From the NCBI GenBank assembly GCA_965221955.1, contig CBDCTA010000028.1, positions 96,001-160,000 of the forward strand: DNA of 64,000 nucleotides. The letters run 5' to 3'. A program made the translations under genes and the position numbers. Of this stretch, positions 61,771 through 64,000 are shown piece by piece. The DNA is from Gammaproteobacteria bacterium. GTDB taxonomy: Bacteria; Pseudomonadota; Gammaproteobacteria; UBA4575. A model generated the notes under the pieces. The model was not told where the DNA came from. It did not search any database and saw only the letters and a list, made by a program, of their open reading frames with translations. The stretch's first letter is position 1. Each line of letters begins with the position of its first letter.

Positions 61771-62370
61771 CTAGACCTTTTGCCATAGCAAACACCTATT
61801 ATTGGCAGGCATTGCAAAATCCTCTACTAAGGCTAGTGCTTGATCCTCGGCAAGCTTATTTAAATCCATAAAATCGCGTACCCCACTAAGAGGGTCCTGC
61901 AGCTTGAGATATTGATCAAACCTCGCATTGCTAGGACTTGTATGTTCTCCTTGATAAGAAAATGGTCCATAAACTAACAATTTGCCTTTTGGCCTCAAAG
62001 TTTGACCTACACCTCGAAAGAAGTCCTCTACCTTTTCCCAAGACATAATATGAAAACAATTAGCCGAAAAAATTCCATCAATCTGAGTAACTTCCCAGTC
62101 TTCATCCGTAACATCTAATTCAATAGGCGAACAAATATTTTTTGAAGGATGTTCATCAATCCATGCTCGAATACTATCGAGGTTTTCAAGCAAGTCACTA
62201 GGTTGCCAACTTAGGTGCGGAAGATGATTAGCGAAGTAGATTGCATGTTGGCCTGAGCCACTGCCAATTTCTAATATTTTTTTACAGTCTTTAAAAGCGA
62301 CCTTGAGTATTTCTAAAATGGGATCTTTATTTTGCTCACAAGCTTGAGAAAACTTACGCTTAGATTGCAT
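61771..62370 (-). CDS. DUF938 SAM-dependent methyltransferase
   Basis: ACEQNK.PI, LEIGSGSGQH, WQPSD, YGPF, MPANN. Confidence 0.9.
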   Translation of the reverse strand: MQSKRKFSQACEQNKDPILEILKVAFKDCKKILEIGSGSGQHAIYFANHLPHLSWQPSDLLENLDSIRAWIDEHPSKNICSPIELDVTDEDWEVTQIDGIFSANCFHIMSWEKVEDFFRGVGQTLRPKGKLLVYGPFSYQGEHTSPSNARFDQYLKLQDPLSGVRDFMDLNKLAEDQALALVEDFAMPANNRCLLWQKV

Positions 62371-62385
62371 AGTGTTGCAATAGAT

Positions 62386-62730
62386 TCATCTTGGCTTTAA
62401 GGCATCACTCTCAAATTTGATCCCCTCCCAACCTGTTTGCATAAAGTTACGTATATTTAGATGATTATTACTCTTTGGATTTGCTAAAACCTCATCGCGA
62501 TAATAAGCACCAAAACAATCTAATGTTTGCTGTTTACTAAAATCATGCAATTTTGCGAATGCAAATAGCTTACAAGAACCTTCGTTCTCGCCTGCTAGAT
62601 TTGTTAACCTACCATTTGTAAAAGCTGCAGGAACATATTGATATAGAGTTTCAATCACAGCCATAGTATCTTGGAATTCTATTGAACTAGGTGAAGATTC
62701 AAGTTTAGAAATAAATTCTTCAAGTTGCAT
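62386..62730 (-). CDS. HopJ-family protein
   Basis: F.NG...N.AGEN.GSCK.FAFA, FG.YYR, H.NIRNF...GW.GI.F. Confidence 0.88.
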   Translation of the reverse strand: MQLEEFISKLESSPSSIEFQDTMAVIETLYQYVPAAFTNGRLTNLAGENEGSCKLFAFAKLHDFSKQQTLDCFGAYYRDEVLANPKSNNHLNIRNFMQTGWEGIKFESDALKPR

Positions 62731-62741
62731 TGATAATTTTA

Positions 62742-62867
62742 TTAGCCTTTTACATGAGAAGGCGCTTCATTTGGCGTAATAGTTGGATCTTTTTCACCTG
62801 TTTCAAAAAAATACACTGCCACAGCAAAAGCACCAATTATGATTCCAATAATAAGGCTCTTCTTCAT
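62742..62867 (-). CDS. 41-aa single-TM small protein (below cutoff)
   Basis: MKKSLIIGIIIGAFAVAVYFFETGEKDPTITPNEAPSHVKG*. Confidence 0.5.
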   Translation of the reverse strand: MKKSLIIGIIIGAFAVAVYFFETGEKDPTITPNEAPSHVKG

Positions 62868-62887
62868 CTCAAATCACTTGTAATCAC

Positions 62888-63061
62888 TTAATGTAGTAAA
62901 CTCATGGCATGCAAATCTAAATTTACAAGTTTCCATTTACCATCAGGCTGTTTCTCTTCATTTGCTTCACAATAATATACTTGACCAAGATCGTTCACCA
63001 TTGTGCAATACAAATTTGTAGCATCATGCTCTTCGAAAAACAATAATTGATTAATATCCAT
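62888..63061 (-). CDS. 57-aa hypothetical protein (below cutoff)
   Basis: GAGGTG RBS; MDINQLLFFEEHDATNLYCTMVNDLGQVYYCEANEEKQPDGKWKLVNLDLHAMSLLH*. Confidence 0.55.
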   Translation of the reverse strand: MDINQLLFFEEHDATNLYCTMVNDLGQVYYCEANEEKQPDGKWKLVNLDLHAMSLLH

Positions 63062-63141
63062 TCAAACACCTCAAAATTTGACTTTAACTCTAATATTAGG
63101 GTCAATATGCGCATTTCAAGGGCGAATTAACGTTTTTACAT

Positions 63142-63390
63142 ATGACATGGTCGGTATATATCATCCAAGCCAGCGATAAGTCTTATTACACTGGCATTTC
63201 AACCGATGTCCAACGCCGTTTTACGGAACACAAAAAAGGCAAAGGGGCCAAATATTTCAACGGTCGAGACCCTATCAAAATCGTATACAAAGAAGATGGG
63301 CATACTCGCAGTAGCGCGAATAAGCGAGAAGCTGAGATTAAAAAATTAAACCGAAGTAAAAAAGAGCAACTAATTAATTGTAGCAATTAA
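63142..63390 (+). CDS. GIY-YIG nuclease family (YhbQ-like)
   Basis: WSVYII..D.SYYTGISTD..RR..EH..GKGAKY, A.KRE..IK. Confidence 0.9.
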   Translation: MTWSVYIIQASDKSYYTGISTDVQRRFTEHKKGKGAKYFNGRDPIKIVYKEDGHTRSSANKREAEIKKLNRSKKEQLINCSN

Positions 63391-64000
63391 CTCGTGTAAA
63401 TTCCCCAGGTAACATCGACAGCTTGGCGATTTTGCCATACATCATGAACTCGAAAAATTTTTACACCTGCTATTACACCTAAAGCAGAAGTCGCACAGGT
63501 TGCCGGCATTCTTTTGCGAGGATCTTCTTCGTTCGCAAGTTCACCCATAAAACGCTTGCGGCTAGTGCCCAGTAATACTGGGTACCCTATATCAACAATC
63601 TCTTTAAGATCACGCAATAATTCTAGATTATGTTGAGTACGTTTACCGAAACCAATACCAGGATCAACAATAATATTTTGTTTATCTACTCCTAAGCTCT
63701 CCGCATGCTCAGCACGTTGCTGCAAGTAATCTACAACTTCACGTGTGACTTTTTCGTAGCTAGGGTTATCCTGCATGGTGCCCGGTTCCCCCTGCATATG
63801 CATTAAACAAATTGGAGCATTTGTTTGTGCAGCAAGTTTTAACATTGCTTCATCTTCTCGGCCAGCGCTGACATCATTTAGCATGGTTGCTCCTGCATCT
63901 AGTGCAGCATCCGCAACTTCAGATAACGTGGTATCAATACTAATATGAACATCTTTACTAGCATTTTGGGACAGTTCTTTACGCAAACCCGCAATCACAT
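63387..64000 (-). CDS. folP: Dihydropteroate synthase, C-terminal part (5' end outside window)
   Basis: ISIDT, NDVSA, LMHMQG.P.TMQ, DPGIGFGK, GTSRKRF, RVHDV. Confidence 0.93.
   Translation of the reverse strand, partial: VIAGLRKELSQNASKDVHISIDTTLSEVADAALDAGATMLNDVSAGREDEAMLKLAAQTNAPICLMHMQGEPGTMQDNPSYEKVTREVVDYLQQRAEHAESLGVDKQNIIVDPGIGFGKRTQHNLELLRDLKEIVDIGYPVLLGTSRKRFMGELANEEDPRKRMPATCATSALGVIAGVKIFRVHDVWQNRQAVDVTWGIYTS

Noticed and set aside
62386-62730. HopJ as a type III effector or virulence locus
   Set aside because: The family is widespread in non-pathogens and there are no T3SS genes here.
63142-63390. GIY-YIG as a homing endonuclease or mobile element
   Set aside because: It is the 82-aa stand-alone YhbQ-type with no intron or mobile context.
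1-64000. CRISPR arrays, tRNA/rRNA, IS transposases, prophage
   Set aside because: No regularly spaced repeats, RNA-gene signatures, transposase, integrase or phage ORFs were seen by eye.

Overview
Low-GC, gene-dense bacterial chromosome segment, probably gammaproteobacterial (rapA, slyX, ycbB-ycbK, ybiI-like genes). No rRNA, tRNA, CRISPR array, transposase or prophage was seen. The core is a ~26 kb one-carbon/organosulfur region (24.5-50.4 kb). It holds tandem methanethiol oxidase (mtoX) genes with SCO/MauG/TlpA maturation genes. On the right is a typical methylotroph fhcBADC operon plus an NAD-linked FDH1-type formate dehydrogenase. On the left is a second operon, fwdD-fwdB-fwdA-ftr-fwdC-ferredoxin-FNR. 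Its B subunit keeps the Fe-S and Mo/W-pterin active-site motifs, so it looks like a catalytically intact, archaeal-type formylmethanofuran dehydrogenase beside its degenerate Fhc relative. A 128-aa orphan (9172-9558) matches the catalytic half of sulfur oxygenase reductase (Cys plus 2-His-1-Glu) by eye. Also seen: a glucosylglycerate synthesis/phosphorolysis cluster, two ~130-bp RPE-like palindromic elements, a ybiI-like gene with an in-frame TAG, a Cys-Pro repeat secreted protein and five small ORFs missing from the ORF track. All family calls come from motif recognition by eye; no searches were run.
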